Source: Escherichia coli
Lineage (GTDB): Bacteria; Pseudomonadota; Gammaproteobacteria; Enterobacterales; Enterobacteriaceae
Assembly (NCBI RefSeq): GCF_050320075.1
Contig: NZ_CP190018.1
Strand: one strand, 5' to 3'
DNA: 64,000 nucleotides
How positions within the stretch are numbered: the first letter of the stretch is position 1; each line of letters opens with the position of its first letter. The translations under genes and the position numbers were made by a program. Of this stretch, positions 22,774 through 34,048 are shown piece by piece. The notes beneath the pieces were generated by a model, which saw only the letters and a program-made list of their open reading frames with translations, did not search any database and was not told the origin of the DNA.

Positions 22774-23999
22774 AGGCCGTGACGACGTAAATGACGCCAG
22801 AATAACTGGCGCAGCGGTGGAACAGGTTTATCACCCTGATCCCATAAATCGCGGGAAATATCCTGCATTAACGCAGGCCACGCACGGTACCAGCCAGGGC
22901 GTTGCAAAAGCGCCGGAACATGCTGATAACGTTGTAGAACATCCCATAGCAGGCTGCGCTCGACGTTGTGATGATAAAGCGGAAACAGATTTTGCGGCTC
23001 GCGGTGCTGGCAGGCGCTTATCAGCGTTTGTGCCGCCGCCTGCGCGCCAGTTAGCGCCATATCCATGCCGCGCACGGAAATTCCGGTATTGACGCAACTG
23101 CGCAACGCATCGCCCAGCAGCAGCCAGCCGTTACCGGCGTATTGCACCGGCATACTGTGCAAGCCACCTTCTGGCACCAGATGCGCACCATACTCCAGTG
23201 ATTCCGTGTTTTTGATAAGCGGGCGCACTGCCGGATGCGTTTTAAAGCGAGCCAGCAGCTCGCTTGCCGGAACACGACTTTGCGTAAGGGAAGAGAGCGG
23301 GCAAACAATCCCTAACGAGAGCGTTTGTTGATTAGTATAAAGAAATGCGCCGCCGGGTAAGTCATCACAGATCCCGCCGCTGAACAGCAACGCTGCGTCT
23401 TCGTTATTCTCCAGATGAAAACGTTCTTCAATAGCGGATGTTTCCAGCGACAGCACTTCTTTGATCCCCAACGCCATCGCTTCGCCAGCAGGACGAGTCA
23501 CTAACCCGTGACGTTCAGCCAGGACGCTGTTGGCACCTTCTGCCAGCACCACATAACGGGCGCGGAGAATATCGTCACCACAAATGACACCACACACCCT
23601 GCCGTTTTCTTCATACAGCGCATCCACCGTCGCACCGGGGATGCATTCGACACCTTCTTTTTCGGCTTCGGCAACCAGCCACGGATCGAACCGTGCACGT
23701 AATACACTCCAGGATTCACCGCCGGGCTGTAAGCTGGAAAACGTCGTTGCGCCATCCGGCGTTAGCAGAGAAAGGCTTTCGTGAGTGATGCGTCGTTCAA
23801 GAGGCGCGGTCAGATGAAATTGCGGGAGGAGTTCCGCGAGCGCATGGGTGTATAAACGCCCGCCGGAAAGATTTTTGCTGCCGGGGATTTCAGCGCGTTC
23901 CAGTAACAGAACGGACAAACCTGCCCGCGCGCAGCGTAAAGCACAAGCGGTACCTGCTATACCGGCACCAATAATAATAATGTCGCAGTTGTCTTCCAT
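22728..23999 (-). CDS. ygcN: FAD-dependent oxidoreductase (FixC / ETF-QO-like); start taken at MEDNCDIIIIGAG
   Basis: GxGxxG dinucleotide-binding motif at the N-terminus (IIIIGAGIAGTACA). Confidence 0.8.
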   Translation of the reverse strand: MEDNCDIIIIGAGIAGTACALRCARAGLSVLLLERAEIPGSKNLSGGRLYTHALAELLPQFHLTAPLERRITHESLSLLTPDGATTFSSLQPGGESWSVLRARFDPWLVAEAEKEGVECIPGATVDALYEENGRVCGVICGDDILRARYVVLAEGANSVLAERHGLVTRPAGEAMALGIKEVLSLETSAIEERFHLENNEDAALLFSGGICDDLPGGAFLYTNQQTLSLGIVCPLSSLTQSRVPASELLARFKTHPAVRPLIKNTESLEYGAHLVPEGGLHSMPVQYAGNGWLLLGDALRSCVNTGISVRGMDMALTGAQAAAQTLISACQHREPQNLFPLYHHNVERSLLWDVLQRYQHVPALLQRPGWYRAWPALMQDISRDLWDQGDKPVPPLRQLFWRHLRRHGLWHLAGDVIRSLRCL

Positions 24000-24076
24000 G
24001 TCATGCCCCAGATATCCAGAACACAACACCCTAACATGGCGTTACTTAAGGGAAATTGACCGCCGACACACTCTTA

Positions 24077-24442
24077 TCATTCGCCGCGATAGATACAGCC
24101 TGCAGTACAGGTTTCTTTTACCATCACCGCACTTAACAGCGGCACAACGGGTTTAACCTGATCCCAAATCCATTTTGCTAAAACTTCGCTGGTTGGGTTT
24201 TCCAGACCTGGAATATCATTGAGATAATGGTGATCGAGGCGCTCGTAGGTTGGCTTAAACGCCGCTTTCAGTTCAGCGAAATCGATAATCCAGCCCGTAT
24301 GCGGATCGACTTCCCCGGTAATTTCCAGTCGCACCATAAAGGAATGCCCGTGCAGGCGACCACATTTATGCCCTTCCGGGACGTGTGGTAAGCGGTGAGC
24401 GGCTTCGAAGGTGAAATCTTTAAATAACGTGGTGGACATCAT
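24077..24442 (-). CDS. queD: 6-carboxy-5,6,7,8-tetrahydropterin synthase QueD; start at [10 protein letters not shown]
   Basis: 121 aa; conserved His triad motifs ([20 protein letters not shown]) of PTPS-family enzymes. Confidence 0.9.
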   Translation of the reverse strand: MMSTTLFKDFTFEAAHRLPHVPEGHKCGRLHGHSFMVRLEITGEVDPHTGWIIDFAELKAAFKPTYERLDHHYLNDIPGLENPTSEVLAKWIWDQVKPVVPLLSAVMVKETCTAGCIYRGE

Positions 24443-24757
24443 AATTTCTCTACAGGACGATAAAACCGCCGTAGAGTACCGGAAAGGCTGTTTTTTCGCA
24501 TTATCTAAAACGACTTTGTTGCGCAAAATCGCTGATTTATCTTATTGATGGGCAATATTCATTTGTTTTTCATTGGGTTGGTTAATCTATTTTGTTGTTA
24601 AAGACTATTGCTAAAACAGGTTAGTCGATTTGGTTATTAGTTATCGCTATCCCGTCTTTAATCCACACCGTTCACCCCGTTAACCTTATCTTCTCTTCTG
24701 TTTTATGGGCGCTGACAGGGCGCAGAAACAGCTTTGCTTACTGGAACATAACGACGC

Positions 24758-26557
24758 ATGACGACACAGGTCCCACCTTCCGCGTTGCTTCCGTTGAACC
24801 CGGAGCAACTGGCACGCCTTCAGGCGGCCACGACCGATTTAACTCCCACCCAGCTTGCCTGGGTTTCTGGCTATTTCTGGGGCGTGCTCAACCAGCAGCC
24901 AGCTGCGCTTGCAGCGACGCCAGCGCCCGCCGCAGAAATGCCGGGTATAACTATTATCTCCGCTTCGCAAACCGGCAATGCGCGCCGGGTTGCTGAAGCA
25001 TTACGCGATGATTTATTGGCGGCAAAACTGAACGTTAAGCTGGTGAACGCGGGCGACTATAAATTCAAACAAATCGCCAGCGAAAAACTGCTTATCGTGG
25101 TGACGTCAACGCAAGGAGAAGGGGAACCGCCGGAAGAAGCCGTCGCGCTGCATAAGTTCCTGTTCTCCAAAAAAGCGCCGAAGCTGGAAAACACCGCATT
25201 TGCCGTGTTTAGCCTCGGCGATAGCTCTTATGAATTTTTCTGCCAGTCCGGGAAAGATTTTGACAGCAAGCTGGCGGAACTGGGCGGTGAACGCCTGCTC
25301 GACCGTGTCGATGCCGACGTTGAATACCAGGCTGCTGCCATCGAGTGGCGCGCCCGCGTGGTTGATGCGCTTAAATCGCGTGCGCCTGTCGCGGCACCTT
25401 CGCAATCCGTCGCTACTGGCGCGGTAAATGAAATCCACACCAGCCCGTACAGCAAAGACGCGCCGCTGGTGGCGAGCCTCTCTGTTAACCAGAAAATTAC
25501 CGGGCGTAACTCTGAAAAAGACGTTCGCCATATCGAAATTGACTTAGGTGACTCGGGCCTGCGTTACCAGCCGGGTGACGCGCTGGGCGTCTGGTATCAG
25601 AACGATCCGGCACTGGTGAAAGAACTTGTCGAACTGCTGTGGCTGAAAGGTGATGAACCTGTCAACGTTGAGGGCAAAACCCTGCCGCTGAACGAAGCGC
25701 TACAGTGGCACTTCGAACTGACCGTCAACACCGCCAACATTGTTGAGAACTATGCCACGCTTACCCGCAGCGAAACGCTGCTGCCGCTGGTGGGCGATAA
25801 AGCGAAGTTACAGCATTACGCCGCGACGACGCCGATTGTCGACATGGTGCGTTTCTCTCCGGCGCAACTGGATGCCGAAGCGCTGATTAACCTGCTGCGC
25901 CCGCTGACCCCGCGCCTGTATTCCATCGCCTCCTCGCAGGCGGAAGTCGAGAACGAAGTACACGTCACCGTTGGCGTGGTGCGTTACGACGTGGAAGGCC
26001 GCGCCCGTGCCGGTGGTGCCTCCAGCTTCCTCGCGGATCGCGTGGAAGAAGAGGGTGAAGTCCGCGTCTTTATCGAACATAACGATAACTTCCGCCTGCC
26101 CGCTAACCCGCAAACGCCGGTGATTATGATTGGCCCAGGCACCGGCATCGCGCCGTTCCGCGCCTTTATGCAGCAACGCGCCGCCGACGAAGCGCCGGGG
26201 AAAAACTGGCTGTTCTTTGGCAACCCGCACTTTACGGAAGATTTCCTCTACCAGGTGGAATGGCAGCGCTACGTCAAAGAGGGCGTGCTGACGCGTATCG
26301 ATCTTGCCTGGTCGCGCGATCAAAAAGAAAAAATTTACGTACAAGACAAACTGCGCGAACAGGGCGCAGAGCTGTGGCGCTGGATCAATGACGGTGCCCA
26401 CATTTATGTCTGCGGCGACGCTAATCGCATGGCGAAAGACGTTGAGCAGGCACTTCTGGAAGTGATTGCCGAATTTGGTGGCATGGACACCGAAGCGGCG
26501 GATGAATTTTTAAGTGAGCTGCGCGTAGAGCGCCGTTATCAGCGAGATGTCTACTAA
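24758..26557 (+). CDS. cysJ: sulfite reductase (NADPH) flavoprotein alpha component
   Basis: 599-aa ORF with flavodoxin-like and FAD/NADPH-binding domains; operon cysJIH. Confidence 0.97.
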   Translation: MTTQVPPSALLPLNPEQLARLQAATTDLTPTQLAWVSGYFWGVLNQQPAALAATPAPAAEMPGITIISASQTGNARRVAEALRDDLLAAKLNVKLVNAGDYKFKQIASEKLLIVVTSTQGEGEPPEEAVALHKFLFSKKAPKLENTAFAVFSLGDSSYEFFCQSGKDFDSKLAELGGERLLDRVDADVEYQAAAIEWRARVVDALKSRAPVAAPSQSVATGAVNEIHTSPYSKDAPLVASLSVNQKITGRNSEKDVRHIEIDLGDSGLRYQPGDALGVWYQNDPALVKELVELLWLKGDEPVNVEGKTLPLNEALQWHFELTVNTANIVENYATLTRSETLLPLVGDKAKLQHYAATTPIVDMVRFSPAQLDAEALINLLRPLTPRLYSIASSQAEVENEVHVTVGVVRYDVEGRARAGGASSFLADRVEEEGEVRVFIEHNDNFRLPANPQTPVIMIGPGTGIAPFRAFMQQRAADEAPGKNWLFFGNPHFTEDFLYQVEWQRYVKEGVLTRIDLAWSRDQKEKIYVQDKLREQGAELWRWINDGAHIYVCGDANRMAKDVEQALLEVIAEFGGMDTEAADEFLSELRVERRYQRDVY

Positions 26558-28269
26558 TGAGCGAAAAACATCCAGGGCCTTTAGTGGTCGAAGGAAAACT
26601 GACAGACGCCGAGCGCATGAAGCTTGAAAGCAACTACCTGCGCGGCACCATTGCGGAAGATTTAAACGACGGTCTGACCGGCGGCTTTAAGGGCGATAAC
26701 TTCCTGCTGATCCGCTTCCACGGCATGTATCAGCAGGATGACCGCGACATCCGCGCCGAACGTGCTGAACAGAAGCTGGAGCCACGTCATGCAATGCTGT
26801 TGCGCTGCCGTCTGCCGGGTGGCGTGATTACCACCAAACAGTGGCAGGCGATCGATAAATTTGCCGGTGAAAACACCATCTATGGCAGCATTCGCCTGAC
26901 CAACCGCCAGACGTTTCAGTTCCACGGCATTCTGAAAAAGAACGTCAAACCGGTGCACCAGATGCTGCACTCGGTCGGTCTTGATGCGCTGGCGACTGCT
27001 AACGACATGAACCGTAACGTACTCTGCACCTCGAACCCTTACGAGTCGCAGCTACACGCGGAAGCGTATGAATGGGCGAAGAAAATCTCTGAACATCTGC
27101 TGCCGCGTACCCGCGCGTATGCGGAGATCTGGCTCGATCAGGAAAAAGTCGCCACCACCGATGAAGAACCGATCCTCGGTCAGACTTATTTGCCGCGTAA
27201 ATTCAAAACTACGGTAGTGATCCCGCCGCAGAACGATATCGATCTGCATGCCAACGACATGAACTTCGTGGCAATCGCCGAAAACGGCAAGCTGGTGGGC
27301 TTTAACCTGTTGGTGGGCGGTGGGCTTTCTATCGAACACGGCAACAAGAAAACCTACGCCCGCACGGCGAGTGAGTTTGGCTATCTGCCGCTGGAGCATA
27401 CGCTGGCGGTGGCAGAAGCCGTCGTGACGACTCAGCGCGACTGGGGTAACCGTACCGATCGTAAAAATGCCAAAACCAAATACACGCTGGAGCGCGTGGG
27501 GGTTGAGACGTTTAAAGCGGAAGTGGAGCGTCGCGCGGGGATCAAATTTGAACCGATCCGTCCATATGAGTTCACCGGACGCGGCGATCGTATTGGCTGG
27601 GTTAAAGGCATTGATGATAACTGGCACCTGACGCTGTTTATCGAAAATGGTCGCATCCTTGATTATCCTGGGCGTCCGCTGAAAACCGGCCTGCTGGAGA
27701 TCGCGAAGATCCACAAAGGCGATTTCCGCATTACGGCGAACCAGAATCTGATCATCGCCGGTGTGCCGGAAAGCGAGAAAGCGAAGATCGAGAAGATTGC
27801 CAAAGAGAGCGGGTTAATGAATGCCGTCACGCCGCAGCGTGAAAACTCAATGGCCTGCGTGTCATTCCCGACTTGCCCGCTGGCGATGGCCGAAGCCGAG
27901 CGTTTCCTGCCGTCTTTTATCGACAACATCGATAATTTAATGGCGAAACATGGTGTCAGCGATGAGCATATCGTGATGCGTGTAACAGGCTGCCCGAACG
28001 GTTGTGGTCGCGCGATGCTGGCGGAAGTGGGCCTGGTGGGTAAAGCGCCGGGTCGCTACAACCTGCATCTTGGCGGCAACCGCATTGGGACACGTATCCC
28101 ACGGATGTATAAAGAAAACATCACCGAACCGGAAATCCTGGCGTCGCTTGATGAACTGATAGGGCGCTGGGCGAAAGAGCGCGAAGCGGGTGAAGGCTTC
28201 GGCGACTTTACGGTGCGTGCGGGCATCATTCGCCCGGTGCTCGATCCGGCGCGCGATTTGTGGGATTAA
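26557..28269 (+). CDS. cysI: sulfite reductase (NADPH) hemoprotein beta component
   Basis: 570-aa ORF, start overlaps the cysJ stop; siroheme/4Fe-4S binding Cys motifs near the C-terminus. Confidence 0.97.
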   Translation: MSEKHPGPLVVEGKLTDAERMKLESNYLRGTIAEDLNDGLTGGFKGDNFLLIRFHGMYQQDDRDIRAERAEQKLEPRHAMLLRCRLPGGVITTKQWQAIDKFAGENTIYGSIRLTNRQTFQFHGILKKNVKPVHQMLHSVGLDALATANDMNRNVLCTSNPYESQLHAEAYEWAKKISEHLLPRTRAYAEIWLDQEKVATTDEEPILGQTYLPRKFKTTVVIPPQNDIDLHANDMNFVAIAENGKLVGFNLLVGGGLSIEHGNKKTYARTASEFGYLPLEHTLAVAEAVVTTQRDWGNRTDRKNAKTKYTLERVGVETFKAEVERRAGIKFEPIRPYEFTGRGDRIGWVKGIDDNWHLTLFIENGRILDYPGRPLKTGLLEIAKIHKGDFRITANQNLIIAGVPESEKAKIEKIAKESGLMNAVTPQRENSMACVSFPTCPLAMAEAERFLPSFIDNIDNLMAKHGVSDEHIVMRVTGCPNGCGRAMLAEVGLVGKAPGRYNLHLGGNRIGTRIPRMYKENITEPEILASLDELIGRWAKEREAGEGFGDFTVRAGIIRPVLDPARDLWD

Positions 28270-28284
28270 CCATCAGCCCGGTCT

Positions 28285-28323
28285 TGTAGGCCTGATAAGA
28301 CGCGTGAGCGTCGCATCAGGCAA
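28285..28323. repeat. REP/palindromic unit in the cysI-cysH intergenic region
   Basis: gtaggcctgataagacgcgtgagcgtcgcatcaggc: inverted arms gcctgataagacgc / gcgtcgcatcaggc. Confidence 0.8.
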
Positions 28324-28342
28324 GGCAAACAGTGAGGAATCT

Positions 28343-29077
28343 ATGTCCAAACTCGATCTAAACGCCCTGAACGAACTGCCGAAGGTAGATCGCATTCTGG
28401 CGCTGGCAGAAACTAACGCCGAACTGGAAAAACTGGACGCTGAAGGCCGCGTTGCCTGGGCGCTGGATAATCTGCCCGGTGAATATGTACTTTCTTCCAG
28501 TTTCGGCATTCAGGCGGCGGTGAGCCTGCATCTGGTGAATCAGATTCGCCCGGATATTCCAGTGATCCTCACCGATACGGGTTACTTGTTCCCGGAAACC
28601 TACCGCTTTATTGACGAGTTAACGGACAAACTCAAGCTCAACCTGAAAGTGTACCGCGCTACCGAAAGCGCCGCCTGGCAGGAAGCACGTTACGGAAAAC
28701 TGTGGGAGCAGGGTGTTGAAGGCATTGAAAAGTACAATGACATCAACAAAGTCGAACCGATGAACCGGGCGCTGAAAGAACTGAATGCGCAAACCTGGTT
28801 TGCTGGCCTGCGCCGTGAACAATCCGGCAGCCGCACCAATTTACCGGTGCTGGCAATTCAGCGTGGCGTATTTAAAGTGCTGCCGATTATCGACTGGGAT
28901 AACCGAACTATTTATCAGTACCTGCAAAAACATGGCCTGAAATATCACCCATTATGGGATGAAGGATATTTATCGGTCGGTGATACCCATACAACCCGTA
29001 AATGGGAACCCGGCATGGCGGAAGAAGAAACGCGTTTCTTTGGCTTAAAAAGAGAATGTGGGTTACACGAAGGGTAA
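28343..29077 (+). CDS. cysH: phosphoadenosine phosphosulfate (PAPS) reductase; start at [14 protein letters not shown]
   Basis: 244 aa; the ORF-track N-terminal extension (28190) runs through the REP element and is not credible. Confidence 0.95.
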   Translation: MSKLDLNALNELPKVDRILALAETNAELEKLDAEGRVAWALDNLPGEYVLSSSFGIQAAVSLHLVNQIRPDIPVILTDTGYLFPETYRFIDELTDKLKLNLKVYRATESAAWQEARYGKLWEQGVEGIEKYNDINKVEPMNRALKELNAQTWFAGLRREQSGSRTNLPVLAIQRGVFKVLPIIDWDNRTIYQYLQKHGLKYHPLWDEGYLSVGDTHTTRKWEPGMAEEETRFFGLKRECGLHEG

Positions 29078-29094
29078 ATATTGCCGGATAAATT

Positions 29095-29132
29095 AAACGC
29101 CTCTGTCAGAAATGATGGGGGCGTTTTTATTT
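29095..29132 (+). terminator. putative cysH terminator
   Basis: aaacgcc ... ggcgttttt hairpin with T-run. Confidence 0.4.
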
Positions 29133-29341
29133 TGCGAGCAGCATTCCTGATTTTAAACGTGAACGCCGCTGGAAGAATTATCAGGTATAGAATGGCGTTG
29201 GGTGCTTGAGGCTGTCTGGCGTTAAGCATTCGCGAGGTTCCAGATGGACAAAAGCCCCAGGCGATATTTCTATCAACCTGAGGCCAGCGTTCGAACCTAA
29301 GCAATTCGAATGTTAGTCTCTTCTTTGCAGGGAGGCAAGAC

Positions 29342-29494
29342 ATGCTGACAAAATATGCCCTTGTGGCAATCATCGTACTGTGTTGTACAGTACTGGGATT
29401 CACGCTGATGGTAGGCGACTCGTTGTGTGAGTTGAGTATCAGAGAACGTGGTATGGAGTTTAAGGCAGTTCTCGCTTACGAATCGAAGAAGTAG
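29342..29494 (+). CDS. hokX: Hok/Gef-family type I toxin peptide (50 aa), hokX-like
   Basis: [50 protein letters not shown]: N-terminal TM helix plus the Hok C-terminal pattern; below the ORF-track size cutoff; GC hairpin follows the stop. Confidence 0.8.
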   Translation: MLTKYALVAIIVLCCTVLGFTLMVGDSLCELSIRERGMEFKAVLAYESKK

Positions 29495-29688
29495 CCACCA
29501 CGCGGGGGTAAAACCCCGCGTATTGAATTGTGATGGTTTGGTCTCCTGCACCCTTTTTTAATTTATATTGTTTATGTGAATATTATGCCTATGTTTATTA
29601 TTCATATATATTACGGATGAAAATTATTTGATTATTCATAATGTAAATATTTTATTGAACGATATATATCACAGATAATTTTTAATAT

Positions 29689-32388
29689 ATGCGTAAATAT
29701 CCTTTAAGTTTACTGAAGGATAAAAATATTGTGACTTTTTTTGATTTCTGGGGAAAAACCCGACGCGGCGAGAAAGACGGGGGCGACGACTATCACCTTC
29801 TTTGCTGGCATTCGCTGGATGTAGCCGCGATGGGCTATTTAATGGTTAAAAGCAATTGCTTCGGGCTGACTGACTATTTTCGTCAACTAGGTTTCGCTGA
29901 TACGGAGCAGGCAGCACAATTTTTCGCCTGGCTATTGTGCTGGCACGATACTGGAAAATTTGCCCGCTCTTTTCAGCAACTTTACCTGCACCCACAACTC
30001 AAGGTTCCGGAAGGCGCAAGAAAGAATTACGAAAAGATCTCTCATTCAACGCTGGGCTACTGGCTGTGGCATCATTATTTAAGTGAATACGAAGAATTGC
30101 TTCCTTCATCTTCACTCTCTCCGCGCAAACTTAAACGGGTGATGGAGATGTGGATGCCCATGACTACCGGGCATCATGGTCGGCCCCCTGACCGTATTGA
30201 TGAACTGGATAATTTTCTGCCTGAAGACAAAGCTGCCGCACGAGATTTTCTCCTTGAAATCAAGGTACTGTTTCCGCTCATCGAGATCCCCGCATTCTGG
30301 GATGATGACGAGGGCATTGAACTTTTAAAACAACTTTCCTGGTATATCTCTGCAACCGTCGTACTCGCAGACTGGACGGGATCGTCAACGCGGTTTTTTC
30401 CACGCGTTGCACAGGCAATGGATATTAAAGATTACTGGCAGAAGGCTTTAGTTCAGGCTCAAAACGCCTTAACCGTCTTTCCTCCAAAAGCACAAACCGC
30501 GCCTTTCACCGGAATTAATACGCTGTTTCCTTTTATTGAGCACCCGACACCGTTACAGCAAAAGGTGCTGGATCTGGATATCAGCCAGCCTGGGCCACAG
30601 TTATTTATTCTGGAGGATGTGACTGGCGCAGGTAAAACAGAAGCGGCGCTTATCCTGGCCCACAGGTTGATGGCTGCGGGGAAAGCACAGGGTTTGTTTT
30701 TTGGCCTGCCAACAATGGCAACGGCCAATGCCATGTACGATCGGCTGGTAAAAACCTGGCTTGCTTTCTATTCGCCAGAATCCCGCCCCAGCCTGGTGCT
30801 GGCACACAGTGCCCGCACATTAATGGACCGCTTTAATGAATCACTCTGGTCCGGTGATTTAGTCGGGTCAGAAGAACCGGATGAACAAGCGTTCAGTCAG
30901 GGATGTGCGGCCTGGTTTGCCGACAGTAACAAGAAGGCGTTGCTGGCTGAAATTGGCGTCGGCACGCTGGATCAGGCGATGATGGCGGTGATGCCGTTTA
31001 AACATAATAATCTGCGGCTTCTGGGACTGAGTAACAAAATCCTGCTGGCTGATGAGATCCATGCCTGTGACGCTTACATGTCGTGCATTCTTGAAGGATT
31101 GATTGAGCGGCAGGCGCGTGGAGGAAACAGCGTTATTTTGCTTTCTGCCACGTTATCTCAACAGCAGCGCGACAAACTCGTTGCTGCCTTTGCGCGTGGT
31201 GCAGAGGGCCAGCAAGAAGCTCCGTTCCTGGAAAAGGATGATTACCCCTGGCTGACGCACGTTACGAAATCGGATGTGCATTCACACCGGGTAGCAACGC
31301 GCAAAGACGTTGAGCGTAGCGTGAGCGTGGGTTGGCTTCATAGCGAACAAGAATGTATTGCGCGTATCGAATCGGCAGTAAGTCAGGGGAAATGCATCGC
31401 CTGGATCCGGAATTCTGTCGATGACGCTATTAAGGTTTATCGTCAGTTGCTTGCCCGCGGCGTCATTCCTGCTTCCAGCCTTTCTCTGTTTCATAGCCGC
31501 TTTGCTTTTAGCGATCGCCAGCGAATTGAAACGGAAACGCTGGCACGCTTCGGTAAAAGTTGTAGTTTACAGAGATCATCGCAAGTCATTGTTTGTACAC
31601 AAGTAATTGAACAAAGTGTGGATATTGACCTGGACGAAATGATATCCGACCTGGCCCCTGTTGATTTGCTGATCCAACGGGCGGGGCGATTACAGCGGCA
31701 TATCCGCGATATTAATGGTCAGTTAAAGCGTGACGGAAAAGACGAGCGTTCCCCTCCTGAATTGCTGATTCTGGCCCCCGTCTGGGACGACGCTCCAGGT
31801 GACGAATGGTTCGGCAGTGCCATGCGTAACAGTGCATATGTCTATCCCGATCATGGACGAATCTGGCTGACGCAGCGTGTACTGCGTGAGCAAGGCGCGA
31901 TTCAAATGCCACACGCAGCCCGCCTTCTTATTGAATCAGTCTACGGTGAGGACGTGGTAATGCCGGAAGGATTTGCCCGCAGCGAGCAGGAACAAGTGGG
32001 CAAATATTACTGCGATCGCGCAATGGCTAAAAAGTTTGTGCTGAACTTCAGGCCCGGCTATGCCGCCAATATCAACGATTACCTCCCGGAAAAACTGTCG
32101 ACACGTCTGGCTGAGGAGTCTGTTTCCCTGTGGCTGTCTACCTGTATTGCCGGTGTGGTGAAGCCTTATGCCAACGGTGCTCACGCATGGGAAATGAGCG
32201 TTGTCAGAGTGCGTCGAAGCTGGTGGAAAAAACATCGGGATGAGTTTTCTTTACTGGAAGGGGATGCGTTCAGGCAGTGGTGCATTGAACAGCGGCAAGA
32301 GCCGGAGATGGCAAACGTGATTTTAGTCACCGATGACGAAAGTTGCGGGTATTCGGCTATGGAAGGATTGACTGGCAAGGTTGGTTGA
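29689..32388 (+). CDS. cas3: Cas3 HD-nuclease/helicase, type I-E
   Basis: 899-aa ORF; N-terminal HD domain, Walker A (EDVTGAGKTEAA), DEIH box (LLADEIHACD); heads the cas operon. Confidence 0.93.
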   Translation: MRKYPLSLLKDKNIVTFFDFWGKTRRGEKDGGDDYHLLCWHSLDVAAMGYLMVKSNCFGLTDYFRQLGFADTEQAAQFFAWLLCWHDTGKFARSFQQLYLHPQLKVPEGARKNYEKISHSTLGYWLWHHYLSEYEELLPSSSLSPRKLKRVMEMWMPMTTGHHGRPPDRIDELDNFLPEDKAAARDFLLEIKVLFPLIEIPAFWDDDEGIELLKQLSWYISATVVLADWTGSSTRFFPRVAQAMDIKDYWQKALVQAQNALTVFPPKAQTAPFTGINTLFPFIEHPTPLQQKVLDLDISQPGPQLFILEDVTGAGKTEAALILAHRLMAAGKAQGLFFGLPTMATANAMYDRLVKTWLAFYSPESRPSLVLAHSARTLMDRFNESLWSGDLVGSEEPDEQAFSQGCAAWFADSNKKALLAEIGVGTLDQAMMAVMPFKHNNLRLLGLSNKILLADEIHACDAYMSCILEGLIERQARGGNSVILLSATLSQQQRDKLVAAFARGAEGQQEAPFLEKDDYPWLTHVTKSDVHSHRVATRKDVERSVSVGWLHSEQECIARIESAVSQGKCIAWIRNSVDDAIKVYRQLLARGVIPASSLSLFHSRFAFSDRQRIETETLARFGKSCSLQRSSQVIVCTQVIEQSVDIDLDEMISDLAPVDLLIQRAGRLQRHIRDINGQLKRDGKDERSPPELLILAPVWDDAPGDEWFGSAMRNSAYVYPDHGRIWLTQRVLREQGAIQMPHAARLLIESVYGEDVVMPEGFARSEQEQVGKYYCDRAMAKKFVLNFRPGYAANINDYLPEKLSTRLAEESVSLWLSTCIAGVVKPYANGAHAWEMSVVRVRRSWWKKHRDEFSLLEGDAFRQWCIEQRQEPEMANVILVTDDESCGYSAMEGLTGKVG

Positions 32389-32485
32389 GATGCCTGCGAC
32401 AGGGCTCTCTGAATAGTTGATACACCGAAAAGGATGGAATGATGGACAACCGACCAGGGATGGTCTTTTTTACGAGAGGATGCGT

Positions 32486-34048
32486 ATGAACTCGTTTTCA
32501 CTTCTGACAACCCCGTGGTTGCCCGTTCGTTATAAAGACGGAACGACAGGCAAACTGGCGCCAGTCGATCTGGCGGATGAAAATGTTGTCGATATCGCTG
32601 CGCCGCGGGCAGATCTCCAGGGGGCGGCATGGCAGTTTTTGCTGGGACTATTACAAACCAGCTTCGCGCCAAAAGATCAACGTCGTTGGGATGATATCTG
32701 GGAAGACGGACTGGAAGCTGAAAAGCTACGGGAAGCATTGCTGTCATTAGACCATGCTTTCCAGTTCGGGCCAGATTCACCTTCATTTATGCAGGATTTT
32801 GAGGCGCTCACGGGAGATAAAGTTCCGGTCGCTTCGCTACTGCCTGAGATTCCCGGCGTTCAAACAACAAAGTTTAATAAAGACCACTTTATCAAGCGTG
32901 GTGTAACGGAACACCTGTGCCCACAGTGTTCTGCACTAGCCTTGTTCTCTCTACAGTTAAATGCGCCGTCAGGTGGCAAAGGCTATCGCACCGGCTTACG
33001 CGGCGGTGGGCCGATGACCACGCTGATTGAATTACAGGAATATCAGGGCAATCAACAAACTCCCTTGTGGCGCAAACTATGGCTCAACGTGATGCCGCAG
33101 GATGAAGCCGACTTACCGCTACCCAAAAAATTTGACGATCTGATTTTCCCCTGGCTAGGCCCGACGCGTACCAGCGAACTGGCCGGTGCGGTGGTAACCC
33201 ATGATCAGGTCAATAAACTCCAGGCGTACTGGGGAATGCCGCGGCGTATACGTATTGATTTTAATACCACGACAGTCGGCAACTGCGATATTTGCGACGA
33301 GCAGAACGACGCGCTCCTGAGCCTGATGACGACCAAAAATTATGGTGCCAATTATGCCATGTGGCAGCATCCCTTAACGCCTTACCGTGTACCACTTAAA
33401 GAGGGGGGCGAGTTTTACTCCGTTAAACCACAACCGGGCGGTTTAATCTGGCGCGACTGGTTAGGCCTTATCGAAACGGGTAAATCAGAAAACAATACGG
33501 AACTTCCCGCGCTGGTGGTGAAACTCTTTAATGCCAGCAGTCTGAAACAGGCAAAAGTGGGCCTATGGGGATTTGGTTATGATTTTGACAACATGAAAGC
33601 GCGCTGTTGGTACGAACACCATTTCCCGCTACTGCTCAATAAAAAAGAAGGCCAGATACCGAAGCTGCGGCTGGCTGCGCAAACGGCTTCACGGATTCTG
33701 AGTCTGTTACGGAGTGCATTGAAAGAAGCATGGTTCTCCGATCCAAAAGGTGCAAGGGGTGATTTCAGTTTTGTGGATATCGACTTCTGGAACAAAACTC
33801 AGCATCGCTTCCTGAGGTTAGTGCGCCAAATTGAAGAAGGTCAGGATGCGGATGAATTACTCGGCAAATGGCAAAAGGAAATTTGGTTATTCGCGCGTCA
33901 GGATTTTGACGAGCGTGTATTCACTAATCCTTATGAGCCCGTTGATTTGAAACGCGTCATGACCGCGCGCAAGAAATATTTTACAACATCGGCGGAGAAG
34001 CAAAGTGCTAAAGCCGCCAGGGAGAAAAAGCAGGAGGCTGCTGAATGA
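32486..34048 (+). CDS. cse1: Cse1/CasA (Cas8e) large Cascade subunit; start taken at MNSFSLLTTPWLP (ORF opens at 32417)
   Basis: position between cas3 and cse2; about 520 aa; N-terminus aligns by eye with the CasA N-terminal pattern. Confidence 0.85.
   Translation: MNSFSLLTTPWLPVRYKDGTTGKLAPVDLADENVVDIAAPRADLQGAAWQFLLGLLQTSFAPKDQRRWDDIWEDGLEAEKLREALLSLDHAFQFGPDSPSFMQDFEALTGDKVPVASLLPEIPGVQTTKFNKDHFIKRGVTEHLCPQCSALALFSLQLNAPSGGKGYRTGLRGGGPMTTLIELQEYQGNQQTPLWRKLWLNVMPQDEADLPLPKKFDDLIFPWLGPTRTSELAGAVVTHDQVNKLQAYWGMPRRIRIDFNTTTVGNCDICDEQNDALLSLMTTKNYGANYAMWQHPLTPYRVPLKEGGEFYSVKPQPGGLIWRDWLGLIETGKSENNTELPALVVKLFNASSLKQAKVGLWGFGYDFDNMKARCWYEHHFPLLLNKKEGQIPKLRLAAQTASRILSLLRSALKEAWFSDPKGARGDFSFVDIDFWNKTQHRFLRLVRQIEEGQDADELLGKWQKEIWLFARQDFDERVFTNPYEPVDLKRVMTARKKYFTTSAEKQSAKAAREKKQEAAE

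Noticed and set aside
28190-28342. ORF-track N-terminal extension of cysH
   Set aside because: The extension runs through the REP palindrome and the cysI stop region; the conserved CysH N-terminus begins at MSKLDLNAL (28343).
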